A stretch of 61,990 bases of DNA from Patescibacteria group bacterium (lineage in GTDB: Bacteria > Patescibacteriota > Minisyncoccia > Phycocordibacterales > UBA918): NCBI GenBank assembly GCA_019745315.1, contig JAIETH010000005.1:1-61990 (forward strand). Direction: 5' to 3'. The notes below the pieces were generated by a model, which saw only the letters and a list, made by a program, of their open reading frames with translations, ran no database searches and was not told the origin of the DNA. Positions 25,306 through 35,760 of this stretch are shown here, one piece after another; the first letter of the stretch is position 1, and each line of letters starts with the position of its first letter. Made by a program: the position numbers and the translations under genes.

Positions 25306-27072
25306 ATGTACGCGTTTATACACGTATATCGTACTCAGATAAACCCTCGGGGTTTCTCTTTGGTAGAGGTTGTTGTGGGCGCAGCCCTTCTTTTGTTGGT
25401 ATTTAGTGGGATCATTGCAGGATTTCGATCTACTCTTGTGTTGGTTGGACATGCACGCGCTAGTTCAGGTGCTATTGGCTTGGCAACGGAGCGAATAGAA
25501 TATACTCGCTCAATTCCATACGATACTGTTGGTACTGTGGCAGGAATTCCATCAGGAAGTATTCCTCAAAATGAAACTGTTGCATTAAATGGTATGTCAT
25601 ATGAACGACGTACCCTCATTCAGTACGTTGATGCGCCAGAAGATGGGATGGGCGCTTCAGACACGAACGGCATTACCGCTGATTATAAGCGCGTGAAGGT
25701 AGAAATAACCTGGGTTGTCCGGGGATCCCCTCGTTCATTTGTATTGGTTACCAATATTGTTCCTAAGGGTATGGAAACCGTGGCAGGAGGAGGGACGCTC
25801 GTTGTAAATGTGTTTGATTCACAAGCGCTCCCTGTACAAAATGCAGCTGTTCGTATTGTGAACGCAAGTACAACATCTCCTATAGATGTCACTTCGTATA
25901 CAAATGCACAGGGCGTTGTTATGTTTCCAGGAGCTCCTGCTGGAGGGGGATATGAGATTAGTGCATCTCGTACAGGATATTCACTCGATCAAACGTATGA
26001 CACTACGCCTTCAAACCCAAATCCAAACCCTGCTCATATCGCGGTTGTTGTTGGGAATGTATCGACAGTTAATCTTGCTATTGATAGGGTAAGCACACGT
26101 ACGATTGTTACAGTGGAGTCTCCACAAGAAGAATATTTTGAAGACCAGTTTGTTGATGCGTCCCGTGTTAGCGCATCAAGTTCTGTCGCGATAGGGGCAG
26201 GATCGTTAGTTCTCGCGGGAAGCGTCGGAAGCTATCCTTCTGCAGGAGCCGCGACAACAACATCTACTACTCCAAGCGGTCTCATTTCTTGGGATAGTGT
26301 TTTTTGGACAGGCACTTTACAGTCAGGCACAGAGGCTCGCATAAAGGTGTATGGGGTTTCAGGAAGCCAGTATACACTTGTGCCTGATACTGAATTGCCA
26401 GGGAATAGTGCGGGGTTTTCTTTTGGAACGACGTCTCTCTCGGGTATATCAGCGACGACATATGAAGGTCTTGCACTTGGAATGTCGCTTGCAACAAGTG
26501 ACGCATCAACTACTCCACTGATAGACAAAGTACTTCTTTCATATACAACTGCAGATCCTGTTCCGAATGCCTCATTTACCTTGGTTGGTGGGAAAAATAT
26601 AGGCGCAGATGGAACTGGTCAACTTATACCAAAGTATTCAGAAACCCACCAAACCAGTGCTGCGGGCTCTATAAATCTCACAGATCTCGAGTGGGATACG
26701 TATACGCTGTCTGTCGATGGTACATCTCTGGGATATGATATTGCAGGAATATGTGCACCGGATTCTCTGTTGGTTTCACCAAATACGAATGCTACAACGA
26801 CGGTTGTTTTAGCTCCGCATACAACACACTCTCTGTTGGTTCGGACACTTGCTGCATCGCTCGATCCGATAGGAGGCGCGACTGTAACCGTCGCTGGTTC
26901 AGGAGCACCTATTGTAGGCACTACATCGTCGTGTGGGTATGTATATTTTGGAGGACTTTCTTCAGCAGATACGTATGACATAACCATTTCAGCATCTGGA
27001 TATGTAGGAGATTCACTTGCTGATGTCGTAGTTACCGGCGCTACGGTTGTTCCATTCACTCTTGCGCCATAA
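25306..27072 (+). CDS. Large minor pilin with beta-rich carboxypeptidase-regulatory-like domains
   Basis: Class III signal G|FSLVEVVV. Repeated V..A.V....TN..G....G.Y.I..S..GY pattern. Confidence 0.8.
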   Translation: MYAFIHVYRTQINPRGFSLVEVVVGAALLLLVFSGIIAGFRSTLVLVGHARASSGAIGLATERIEYTRSIPYDTVGTVAGIPSGSIPQNETVALNGMSYERRTLIQYVDAPEDGMGASDTNGITADYKRVKVEITWVVRGSPRSFVLVTNIVPKGMETVAGGGTLVVNVFDSQALPVQNAAVRIVNASTTSPIDVTSYTNAQGVVMFPGAPAGGGYEISASRTGYSLDQTYDTTPSNPNPNPAHIAVVVGNVSTVNLAIDRVSTRTIVTVESPQEEYFEDQFVDASRVSASSSVAIGAGSLVLAGSVGSYPSAGAATTTSTTPSGLISWDSVFWTGTLQSGTEARIKVYGVSGSQYTLVPDTELPGNSAGFSFGTTSLSGISATTYEGLALGMSLATSDASTTPLIDKVLLSYTTADPVPNASFTLVGGKNIGADGTGQLIPKYSETHQTSAAGSINLTDLEWDTYTLSVDGTSLGYDIAGICAPDSLLVSPNTNATTTVVLAPHTTHSLLVRTLAASLDPIGGATVTVAGSGAPIVGTTSSCGYVYFGGLSSADTYDITISASGYVGDSLADVVVTGATVVPFTLAP

Positions 27073-27079
27073 TACGTAT

Positions 27080-27691
27080 ATGCAGATCAAAATATCACAC
27101 ACAAAGGGTTTCACACTTGTTGAGGTGGTTGTGGTTGTTTCGTTGTTTACACTTCTTTCGCTCGCTCTCTCGGGTACCATTGCTATGTTGTATCGTACGA
27201 ATGGATACGCGATTGCTCAGGCATATGAAGTGAGTCATGCGCGAAGGGGTATAGAAGCTACAATACGAGATATTCGTGAGATGACTTTTGGAGATGATGG
27301 TTCATATCCGCTGGTGGAAGTATCGTCAACAACTATCGGTTTTTATAGCGACATTGATAGGGACGATAGCGTTGAGTACGTGCGGTACGTGCTGGCGACA
27401 ACAACTCTCTATAAGTATGTATACAATGCGGCAGGATCTCCTCCTGTGTATACGCTCACTACTCCGAGTGAAACATATACCATCTCTCAATTTGTACAGA
27501 ATAAAGTTCAAGCAACCTCAACGTTTGCATATGTTACTGAAAGCGGTCTCCTCGCCACGAGCACAACCCCCGTTACCGATATACGATTTATTCAAATCAA
27601 TGTAATCATTAACATTGATCCTAATAGAAATCCTGGACAGTATATGCTGCGTTCAAGCGCGGCACCTCGTAACCTTAAGACTACATTCTAA
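27080..27691 (+). CDS. Minor pilin (prepilin N-terminal cleavage/methylation domain)
   Basis: KG|FTLVEVVVVVSLF. Confidence 0.85.
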   Translation: MQIKISHTKGFTLVEVVVVVSLFTLLSLALSGTIAMLYRTNGYAIAQAYEVSHARRGIEATIRDIREMTFGDDGSYPLVEVSSTTIGFYSDIDRDDSVEYVRYVLATTTLYKYVYNAAGSPPVYTLTTPSETYTISQFVQNKVQATSTFAYVTESGLLATSTTPVTDIRFIQINVIINIDPNRNPGQYMLRSSAAPRNLKTTF

Positions 27692-27693
27692 TC

Positions 27694-29130
27694 ATGAGCA
27701 CGAGCACATATCATACAAGGGGATACCTTATAATCTACGCTCTTGTTTTTGGTGCCATTCTTTTTTCTTTCCTCGTTGCATTCATTGGTTTTATTGTGAT
27801 TGAAAATGGGACACAGCGTGTAAAAATGGAAAAAGAAGGAGCGCTGCAGATTGCTGAGGCAGGACTGGATTACTACAAATGGTACCTCTCTCACTTTCCA
27901 ACAGATGTAACAAACGGAACAGGGTCTCCGGGTCCCTATGTACATTCGTATGAAGATCCCGAGCTTGGCGTCATTGGAGAATTTTCTCTGGACGTAGAAG
28001 CAAATACTGTCTGTGGAGACATTGCTTCAATCGATATTCATTCGACAGGTACCATTGCGTCAAATCCGGATATTTCTCGCACTGTGTATGGACGCTATGC
28101 GCGGCCTACAGTGGCTGAATTTGCATACATTATTAACTCTAATGTATGGGCAGGTGCGGACCGCGTAATTATGGGGCCATATCATTCAAATGGAGGTGTC
28201 CGAATGGACGGCACTAATCAGTCAACCGTTTCAAGTGGAGTAGAAACATGGCTGTGTACACCCGGGTTTGGGTGTTCCCCGACAACAACAAGAAATGGTG
28301 TGTTCGGAGCTGGTCCGAATAACGATCTCTGGAGTTTTCCATCGCCTCCTATTAGCTTCACTGGATTATCTGTTGACCTGGCTCTTATAAAAGCAAAAGC
28401 ACAAGGGAGCGGTCGATACTTTGCTCCTTCAGGAAATTTTGGATACCACATTGTTTTTAGGAACAATGGGACGTTTGATCTATACAGAGTTACTGGAACT
28501 CAAAGTGTTGCAGGGTATACAACAGAAGCCGGTTGGGCATCTGAGCGACATATTATAAGTTCGCAAACACTTGTCGGTAATTACACTATTCCTCCATCAT
28601 GCTCAGTTATCTTTGTTGAGGATAAGCTTTGGATTGACGGAACACTTACAAATAAAGTCACGGTCGCTGCTGCCAATGTAATAACTGCAGGCGTTGCGCC
28701 GGACCTTATTTTGGAAGGTAACATAACCTATGCCACAAGCACTGCTGGCCTGCTGGCAGTAGGGGAGGGGTCAGTTCTTATACCTCTTGATTCTCCTGAC
28801 GTAATGACTATAAACGGTATATTTGTTGCACAGACAGGCCGCTTTGGGCGCAATCACTATTGTCAGAGTGAGTGTGATAGTGATAATCCAGGCAATGAAG
28901 GTGTTTCAAATGCACTTGATCCGTATGTCACACAAACATCGCTGACGGTGAATGGAACTATTGTGTCTAATGGGCGCGAAGGAACTAAGTGGACGAGTGG
29001 CGCTACTGTTGTGTCAGGCTATCAGACTCGAACCAACTCATATGATAGAAAGCTTGTTTCTGATCCGCCGCCACTCACCCCCTATACCTCAGATACCTAT
29101 AAGTTTATCGAGTGGCGCGAAGAGAATTAG
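27694..29130 (+). CDS. PilX-like minor pilin / pilus assembly protein
   Basis: RG|YLIIYALVF, ALQIAEAGLDYY, beta-rich C-terminus ending YDRKL...PPP...W.E; lies in the pil operon. Confidence 0.75.
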   Translation: MSTSTYHTRGYLIIYALVFGAILFSFLVAFIGFIVIENGTQRVKMEKEGALQIAEAGLDYYKWYLSHFPTDVTNGTGSPGPYVHSYEDPELGVIGEFSLDVEANTVCGDIASIDIHSTGTIASNPDISRTVYGRYARPTVAEFAYIINSNVWAGADRVIMGPYHSNGGVRMDGTNQSTVSSGVETWLCTPGFGCSPTTTRNGVFGAGPNNDLWSFPSPPISFTGLSVDLALIKAKAQGSGRYFAPSGNFGYHIVFRNNGTFDLYRVTGTQSVAGYTTEAGWASERHIISSQTLVGNYTIPPSCSVIFVEDKLWIDGTLTNKVTVAAANVITAGVAPDLILEGNITYATSTAGLLAVGEGSVLIPLDSPDVMTINGIFVAQTGRFGRNHYCQSECDSDNPGNEGVSNALDPYVTQTSLTVNGTIVSNGREGTKWTSGATVVSGYQTRTNSYDRKLVSDPPPLTPYTSDTYKFIEWREEN

Positions 29131-29196
29131 GGCTGTATAGCGCCGTAAGGGTTACTGAAAGGTGGGCGTATATGACGCATGATATACTTGTTGCGT

Positions 29197-29982
29197 ATGG
29201 ATGTATTAAAACCACAATTAGTTGTAGCCAATTGGAAGATGAATCCGAGTACGCGCGTGCAGGCTCAGGAGTACGTAGCTGATATTAAAAAGACGCTTGG
29301 AAAGCGAGAGCTCGCGGGGAATATCGTTATTGCTTCTCCTTTTCCATTTCTTGGCGATGTAGCTAAGAGTATAGGAAAAGAAAAACGCGTTGTGCTTGGT
29401 GCTCAAAATGTGTCGTACGAAAAAATGGGAGCCTACACGGGAGAAGTATCTCTTTCTATGCTTCAAGATCTGGGAGTTTCATACGTTATAATCGGTCATT
29501 CAGAGCGACGCGCCTTAGGGGAAAGGGATGAAGATGTAACAAAAAAAGCCGCACTTATCACGAAGTCAGGCGTTGCTGCAATTGTATGTGTGGGCGAGCG
29601 CGAGCGCGACGCCCACGGTACTCACTTTGGAACAGTTGAGGCACAGCTTCGTGCTGCGGTTAAAGATGTACCGATAGGGAAGCTCGCATCGTTGGTTATT
29701 GCGTATGAGCCTGTATGGGCGATTAGTACAAGTACTCCGGGCGCGCATCCTGCAACTCCTGAAGATGCGCATGAAATGATTCTTTTTATACGAAAACTGC
29801 TCACTGATATTTATGGACGAGCGAGCGCATACAAAGTGCGTATTCTCTACGGAGGTTCTGTTAATCAAAAAAATATTGAATCACTCGTTCTTCAAAGCGG
29901 AGCAGATGGCTACTTGGTTGGTGGTGCAAGTTTAAAAATGAATGAATTTAAAACTATTGTAACAACGGTCTATGGACGTTAG
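29197..29982 (+). CDS. tpiA: Triosephosphate isomerase
   Basis: NWKMN, GAYTGEVS, GHSERR, AYEPVWAI, LYGGSV, LVGGASL. Confidence 0.96.
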   Translation: MDVLKPQLVVANWKMNPSTRVQAQEYVADIKKTLGKRELAGNIVIASPFPFLGDVAKSIGKEKRVVLGAQNVSYEKMGAYTGEVSLSMLQDLGVSYVIIGHSERRALGERDEDVTKKAALITKSGVAAIVCVGERERDAHGTHFGTVEAQLRAAVKDVPIGKLASLVIAYEPVWAISTSTPGAHPATPEDAHEMILFIRKLLTDIYGRASAYKVRILYGGSVNQKNIESLVLQSGADGYLVGGASLKMNEFKTIVTTVYGR

Positions 29983-31126
29983 ATTTTCACATATTCGCCC
30001 ACTCAGTCAGTGTAGCAATCTCCGTGGTGTGCGGGTCTTGTTGCGTGCAGGAATAGATGCTCCACTTGCTGAGGACGGTTCAATCGTTGATGATTTTCGT
30101 ATTCGTAAATCTCTCCCAACACTACAGTTTTTACGAAACGCAGGAGCGCGAGTGATTATAGTAGGACATACTTCGCGCGCCGATGGATCGTCAGACGTAT
30201 CCCTCAAAGAAATTTGTACGGCGCTTAATGCGTATCTCCCGGTAAGATGGGCAGGAGGAATTTTGGGTGAGTCAGTCAAAGCACAGGTAGAAGCGCTCCA
30301 GGATGGCGACATGCTGATGTTGGAAAATCTTCGTTTTGAAAAAGGGGAAAAAGAAAACGATAGTACATTTGCTCGCTCTCTTTCTGCGTATGCGGACATA
30401 TATGTAAACGATACATTCTCTGTTTCTCACAGAGAGCATGCGTCTATTGTTAGTGTTCCACAGTTTTTACCTGCGTATGCTGGTCAGCAGTTTATGGAAG
30501 AGTTAGAAAATTTGAGCATGGCACGCACTCCTAATGCGCCGTCACTGTTTGTTATTGGAGGAGCCAAATTTGAAACAAAGCTCCCGCTCGTTGAGGCTCT
30601 TCTCAGTACATATAATTATGTGTTTATTGGAGGAGCGCTCGCAAATACTTTTTTTAAAGCACAAGGTTTTGAGGTCGGCGAGTCACTCGTTTCATCTATC
30701 GATACAGCATCTCCTCTTTTTAAAAGTCCAAAAGTATTACTACCGATTGATGTGCGAGTGCGGACTCCAGACGGCATTGTTATAAAAAAACCTACAGAGA
30801 TTTTGAGCACTGAATCAGTACTTGATGCGGGTCCTCTGACTATCGCTATGTTGAAAGATCGATTAGAAACAATAGAAACACTTTTGTGGAATGGACCACT
30901 TGGAGATTATGAACATGGCTTCGATGAGGGAACAAATAGTTTTGCGGAGGCCGTTGCTGACCATAAAGGGGTATCAATCGTGGGGGGAGGGGATACCGTT
31001 GCAGCGATTAAAGATCCCGCACTCGTTGATCACTTCACATTTCTCTCAACTGCAGGAGGCGCAATGCTTTCGTTCCTTGAACAAGGGACTCTCCCAGGAA
31101 TTGAGGCGCTCAATAAAAGAACTTAA
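29972..31126 (+). CDS. pgk: Phosphoglycerate kinase
   Basis: LENLRF, GGAK, WNGPLG, GGGDT. The N-terminal RVDFNVP motif reads RAGIDAP. Confidence 0.92.
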   Translation: MDVRFSHIRPLSQCSNLRGVRVLLRAGIDAPLAEDGSIVDDFRIRKSLPTLQFLRNAGARVIIVGHTSRADGSSDVSLKEICTALNAYLPVRWAGGILGESVKAQVEALQDGDMLMLENLRFEKGEKENDSTFARSLSAYADIYVNDTFSVSHREHASIVSVPQFLPAYAGQQFMEELENLSMARTPNAPSLFVIGGAKFETKLPLVEALLSTYNYVFIGGALANTFFKAQGFEVGESLVSSIDTASPLFKSPKVLLPIDVRVRTPDGIVIKKPTEILSTESVLDAGPLTIAMLKDRLETIETLLWNGPLGDYEHGFDEGTNSFAEAVADHKGVSIVGGGDTVAAIKDPALVDHFTFLSTAGGAMLSFLEQGTLPGIEALNKRT

Positions 31127-31158
31127 ATTAATATGGGCGCAAGACAATTTTATTTTTT

Positions 31159-31563
31159 ATGAACAAATTTTCAAAGACCTTTATAATTATTGGTTCCATA
31201 GCAGCTTCGGTTCCTCTTTTATTAATGGTGGCTGCTTACAGTGTATTTCTATTGGGTTCTTGTAGCGGCACTATAGGGGTAGAACAGATTGTCTGTGCAG
31301 ATACTTTCAGTGAAAAACTAATTGATGTACTCCATGGATTAGGATTTATCCTTGGCATGTTCCTTTTTTTACCAGGCATAGCCTTGCTCTTGCTAGGGAC
31401 GCTCTTGAAAAAATCTGATACATCACAGGTTCTTCCATTAGAAAAAAGCACGTTAGAAAAGTTTATCGGCGTACGGAAAGAAGTGCTTGTCGTGGTGGCG
31501 ATCGTTTTAGGAGGGTTCTACCTACTGAGTTTTCTATTGCCGCTTTTGAGAAATTTAAACTAA
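31159..31563 (+). CDS. Hypothetical membrane protein (three TM-like segments)
   Basis: 134-aa AT-rich ORF with hydrophobic stretches. Confidence 0.6.
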   Translation: MNKFSKTFIIIGSIAASVPLLLMVAAYSVFLLGSCSGTIGVEQIVCADTFSEKLIDVLHGLGFILGMFLFLPGIALLLLGTLLKKSDTSQVLPLEKSTLEKFIGVRKEVLVVVAIVLGGFYLLSFLLPLLRNLN

Positions 31564-31965
31564 AGCAGATTTTATTTTTTCTGCGTAGCTGTCCATCTCT
31601 CCTTCTGCGTACTCTGTATGGTTGGGAGGAGTAAATACATTATCGCCTTCTGTGCGGGGGATAATGTGTACGTGCGCGTGAAACACTGCTTGGTCCGCCG
31701 CCGGTTCATTGTTCATGATGATGTTCACCCCATCTGCGTTTGTTGCTGTTTTGATTGCAAGGGCAACTTTGTGTACTGTCTCCATGAGTCTCCCCAACTC
31801 TTTTTCTGTCATAGAAAACAGGTTTCGCGTATAGGCTTTAGGAACTACAAGTGTATGACCTTTGGACGCTGGTTGTATATCAAGAAAGGCATAGGTTTCA
31901 CTGTCCTCGTATACCTTGGCACTTGGAATCTCTCCTCGTATTATTTTTAAAAATAAGTCATTCAT
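31555..31965 (-). CDS. HIT family nucleotide hydrolase
   Basis: FLKIIRGEIPS, AFLDIQP, GHTLVVPK, HAHVHIIPR. Confidence 0.93.
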   Translation of the reverse strand: MNDLFLKIIRGEIPSAKVYEDSETYAFLDIQPASKGHTLVVPKAYTRNLFSMTEKELGRLMETVHKVALAIKTATNADGVNIIMNNEPAADQAVFHAHVHIIPRTEGDNVFTPPNHTEYAEGEMDSYAEKIKSALV

Positions 31966-32056
31966 ATATAGGCGTATCATACAGTAAAGCTTTTTTGTGT
32001 GCCACGGCAGGAATCACGAAAAGATATAGGTATAAGAAAATGGTAGAATGCCAGGC

Positions 32057-33793
32057 ATGTCGAATGCTCTCTATATAGAAAAAGAACCTCCGTCTGCGGG
32101 CGCCTGTGCTGAGTTGTCAGAGTACGATACCCTTACACAGCGACTCCTTGCTGCGCGGAATATCAAAACTCTTCAAGAGGCGGAGCTTTTTTTTGATCGA
32201 AACTATGAAGAGGGTTTGCACGACCCGTTTTTATTGCCTGACATGGACACGGCGGTTTCGCGAATTCTTCAAGCGATAAAAGAGGGAGAGAAGATAGCTA
32301 TCTTTAGTGACTATGATTGTGATGGTATTCCAGGCGGAGCACTGCTTCATGATTTTTTTAAAATGATTGGGTATACCAATTTTTATAACTATATTCCGCA
32401 TCGACACTATGAAGGGTATGGGATGAGCACAGATTCTATTGATACGATTTTGAGGGAGGGAGCACGTCTTATGATTACGGTTGATTGCGGTATTACTAAT
32501 CTAGACGAAGTTGCGTACGCAGAAGGGTTGGGTATATCGGTGATTGTGACTGATCATCACGAGCCAAAAGAAATTCTCCCGAATGCTCACGCCGTTATAA
32601 ATCCAAAACGAAAAGATAGCATCTATCCATTTACGGGACTCTGCGGCACAGGCGTTGCATTTAAGTTGATCTGTGGACTTTTGGAGCGAGGAGGATTTTC
32701 TATAACAAAAGGACAAGAGAAATGGCTTTTGGATTTAGTAGGTATTGCGACCATTGCGGACATGGTGCCGCTTATAGACGAGAATAGAATTTTTGCACAT
32801 TACGGATTGCTTGTACTGCGAAAAGGGAAACGACTCGGTCTTTCACATTTATTTCGTATTATGAAAATACCACTCGCGACCGTCACTGAAGATGATATTG
32901 GTTTTATGGTGGCTCCGAGAATTAATGCGGCGTCACGTATGGGAAATCCTCACGACGCATTTCAGTTATTAATTGCGTCAGAGGAGGCTGATGCTGGTGC
33001 GCATGCACATACACTTGATCGTATAAATAATGAACGGAAAGGAGTTGTGGCGGCGATGGTTAAAGAGGCAAAGCACATGTTGTCACTCCGTAGTGGAATG
33101 GGTTCAGTGATTGTTGTTGGCGATCCATCATGGCGCCCATCCTTGGTTGGCCTTGTGGCAAACACTCTTTCAGAAGAATATGCGCGCCCTGTTTTTGTAT
33201 GGGGACGCGATGGAAACGGAATATTGAAAGGCTCGTGTCGTTCTGGTGGAACAAGTAGTGTTGTTACAATTATGGAAAAAGCAGCACATGCGTTTATCGA
33301 ATTTGGTGGTCACCATATGTCAGGAGGTTTTTCAGTTAAGGAAGAATATATTCATACACTTTCAAGTGAGCTTGAATCAGCACGCGCTGAACTTTCTTTA
33401 CAGGGAAGCGAAGATGTCCGCAGTGAATTATATGAAGTTGATGCAATTCTTTCGCTTGATGAAGTAACGCGATCACTTGCAAAAACATTGGATAGATTCG
33501 CACCATATGGAGAAGGAAACACAAAGCCACTTTTTGTATTTCCGTGTGTTACACCATCTCGCGTTGAAATATTTGGAAAACAAAAAGCGCATACAAAAAT
33601 TCTTTTTAAAACAAATAAGGGAATGATTACTGCGATAGGATTTTTTTCTTTGCCACACGAATATGCAGTCCCTCTTCAGGAAGAAAAGCCTTTTGATTTA
33701 ATTGCGCACGTTGAGGAGAGTTTTTTTATGGGTCGTTCTGAATTGCGATTACGTATTGTTGCCGCCCTTCCGGTCAGTTCGCCTCAAAAATAA
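32057..33793 (+). CDS. recJ: Single-stranded DNA exonuclease RecJ
   Basis: DYDCDG, ITVDCGI, TDHH, ATIADMVPL, PRINAASRM, GGHHMSGG, APYGEGN. Confidence 0.95.
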   Translation: MSNALYIEKEPPSAGACAELSEYDTLTQRLLAARNIKTLQEAELFFDRNYEEGLHDPFLLPDMDTAVSRILQAIKEGEKIAIFSDYDCDGIPGGALLHDFFKMIGYTNFYNYIPHRHYEGYGMSTDSIDTILREGARLMITVDCGITNLDEVAYAEGLGISVIVTDHHEPKEILPNAHAVINPKRKDSIYPFTGLCGTGVAFKLICGLLERGGFSITKGQEKWLLDLVGIATIADMVPLIDENRIFAHYGLLVLRKGKRLGLSHLFRIMKIPLATVTEDDIGFMVAPRINAASRMGNPHDAFQLLIASEEADAGAHAHTLDRINNERKGVVAAMVKEAKHMLSLRSGMGSVIVVGDPSWRPSLVGLVANTLSEEYARPVFVWGRDGNGILKGSCRSGGTSSVVTIMEKAAHAFIEFGGHHMSGGFSVKEEYIHTLSSELESARAELSLQGSEDVRSELYEVDAILSLDEVTRSLAKTLDRFAPYGEGNTKPLFVFPCVTPSRVEIFGKQKAHTKILFKTNKGMITAIGFFSLPHEYAVPLQEEKPFDLIAHVEESFFMGRSELRLRIVAALPVSSPQK

Positions 33794-33812
33794 AAAGGTA
33801 TATACTTGACCT

Positions 33813-34235
33813 ATGAAACGTATTATTTGCTACACAGACGGAGGGGCTCGCGGAAACCCAGGGGTTTCGGGGGTTGGAATTGTTGCTTTAAAAGAAGACG
33901 GGGAAACCCTCTTTGAAGGATCTCAATTTTTAGGAAATGCCACGAATAATTTTGCTGAATACGCAGCGGTTGCGTTGCTTTTGAATGAACTCAAGAAGCG
34001 CCTCGGAAAAGAAACAAAGACAACGATATTTGAAATCCGTATGGATAGTGAATTAGTGCAGAAGCAATTGAGTGGTATCTATCAAATTAAAGAGCCGTCG
34101 TTGGTACCACAATTTATAGAGATCCATAATCTTCGTGTGTCTGCATTTCCGCATATTCAGTTCGTACATGTTCGACGGGAAGAAAATGCGCGGGCCGATG
34201 CGCTTGCTAATGAAGCGATGGATCGTCGTGTGTAA
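33813..34235 (+). CDS. rnhA: Ribonuclease HI family protein
   Basis: YTDGGARGNPG, TNNFAEY, MDSELVQKQ, RREENARADALAN. Confidence 0.9.
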   Translation: MKRIICYTDGGARGNPGVSGVGIVALKEDGETLFEGSQFLGNATNNFAEYAAVALLLNELKKRLGKETKTTIFEIRMDSELVQKQLSGIYQIKEPSLVPQFIEIHNLRVSAFPHIQFVHVRREENARADALANEAMDRRV

Positions 34236-34238
34236 CAT

Positions 34239-35741
34239 ATGAAAAAATATGGACTCATCTGTATGGCGATGGGACTTGCGAGCGGAATTGGTTTCCGCTC
34301 GTTTTTTAATATTGATTCGCACCTCCTCGGACTCCTCTTTGTTTTGTTAGCCCTCCTCTCTGTTCTTCTCGCAGTTCGGAGATTGGTAGCTGTTTCACAC
34401 CTACTTTGTGGCTTAGTTGTGCTGTTTTTTGTAATCATAGGAGTTATTCGATTTGAGAGCGCAGAGGCATCAAATACTTCTCGGATATATTCTGTTGCTC
34501 AGTATGAATCTCGAGAGGTTGAGGTGAGAGGGAGGGTTGTTCGAGATGTTGAGCGTACGGAGCGAGGGTATCTTCTATATGTAGAAACAACTACCATAGA
34601 ATCTGAGTCTGTTCGTATTATTCTCCAGGTGCGTATTGAAGGCGATGCTCATGTGGCATATGGAGATATGGTTGTGGTGCGTGGCACACTAAAACGACCA
34701 CACGCTTTTGAGTCAGAAGTGGGGCGGGTGTTTTTATATGAAGAATATTTGCATGCTCGCAACGTCACACATACGCTTTCCTTTGCGAAAATTGAATCAT
34801 ACGAACCACTTCAAAATTTTTCAGTATTTCGTGTTTTGTATGCAAGCAAAGAAATATTTATGCATGGCATTGAATCTGTGTTGCCAGAACCGCATGCTGG
34901 TTTTGGAGAGGGTTTACTTCTTGGAGAAAAGCATGCGCTGGGAGAAAAGTATGAAGACATATTTAGATCCTCTGGGATCATTCATATCGTTGTATTGTCG
35001 GGCTACAATTTAGCAATTGTTGCGGAGGTGTTGATGTATATCCTTGCGCGATTTTTTATTCCGCGTACACGAGTGGTATTGGGTATTGCTTCACTCATTC
35101 TTTTTGCAATAGCAGTTGGACTTTCTGCGACGGTTGTGCGCGCAGCGATTATGGCAATATTGGCACTTGTAGCGCGTGCATACGGAAAGACATATTTTGC
35201 AACTCTCGGTTTATGTTTTGCAGGAATACTAATGCTTTTATGGAATCCATATGTACTTATGTTTGATCCAGGGTTTCAACTTTCTTTTATTGCAACACTC
35301 GGGCTCATCTATGTTGCTCCGGTTCTTGAAAGATGCTTTACGTTTCTATCTTCTCGGTATGGATTTCGTGAGTGTGTTGTCGCAACAGTGAGTACACAGA
35401 TGAGTGTCACCCCATTATTGCTTTTTAGTATGGGTACTGTATCGATCATATCTCTCTTTGCAAATGCGCTTGTGCTTGTGGTGGTGCCACTTGCGATGCT
35501 CTGTGTTTTTGTGGCAGGTATAGGTGGTGTGCTTTTTGGGTCTGCCGCAATGGTTGTAGGATATCCGGCATATCTCATACTCTCGTATATTTTGTTTGTC
35601 GCACAAATGTTCGCGTCGTTTCCGTATGCAGTGATAGAGGTTAAAAATTTTTCACTATTTTTATTAGTGATGAGCTACGTTATATTTATTGGTGCAGTCG
35701 TCTATCTTTTCCATAAAAAAATACCACGGACTATTTTGTAG
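34239..35741 (+). CDS. comEC: ComEC/Rec2 competence protein, membrane domain
   Basis: GLLLGEK, GIIHIVVLSGYNL, ATVVRAAIM, GFQLSFIATLG, NALVL. Confidence 0.92.
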   Translation: MKKYGLICMAMGLASGIGFRSFFNIDSHLLGLLFVLLALLSVLLAVRRLVAVSHLLCGLVVLFFVIIGVIRFESAEASNTSRIYSVAQYESREVEVRGRVVRDVERTERGYLLYVETTTIESESVRIILQVRIEGDAHVAYGDMVVVRGTLKRPHAFESEVGRVFLYEEYLHARNVTHTLSFAKIESYEPLQNFSVFRVLYASKEIFMHGIESVLPEPHAGFGEGLLLGEKHALGEKYEDIFRSSGIIHIVVLSGYNLAIVAEVLMYILARFFIPRTRVVLGIASLILFAIAVGLSATVVRAAIMAILALVARAYGKTYFATLGLCFAGILMLLWNPYVLMFDPGFQLSFIATLGLIYVAPVLERCFTFLSSRYGFRECVVATVSTQMSVTPLLLFSMGTVSIISLFANALVLVVVPLAMLCVFVAGIGGVLFGSAAMVVGYPAYLILSYILFVAQMFASFPYAVIEVKNFSLFLLVMSYVIFIGAVVYLFHKKIPRTIL

Positions 35742-35760
35742 TCCGTGGTATTTTAATTTT

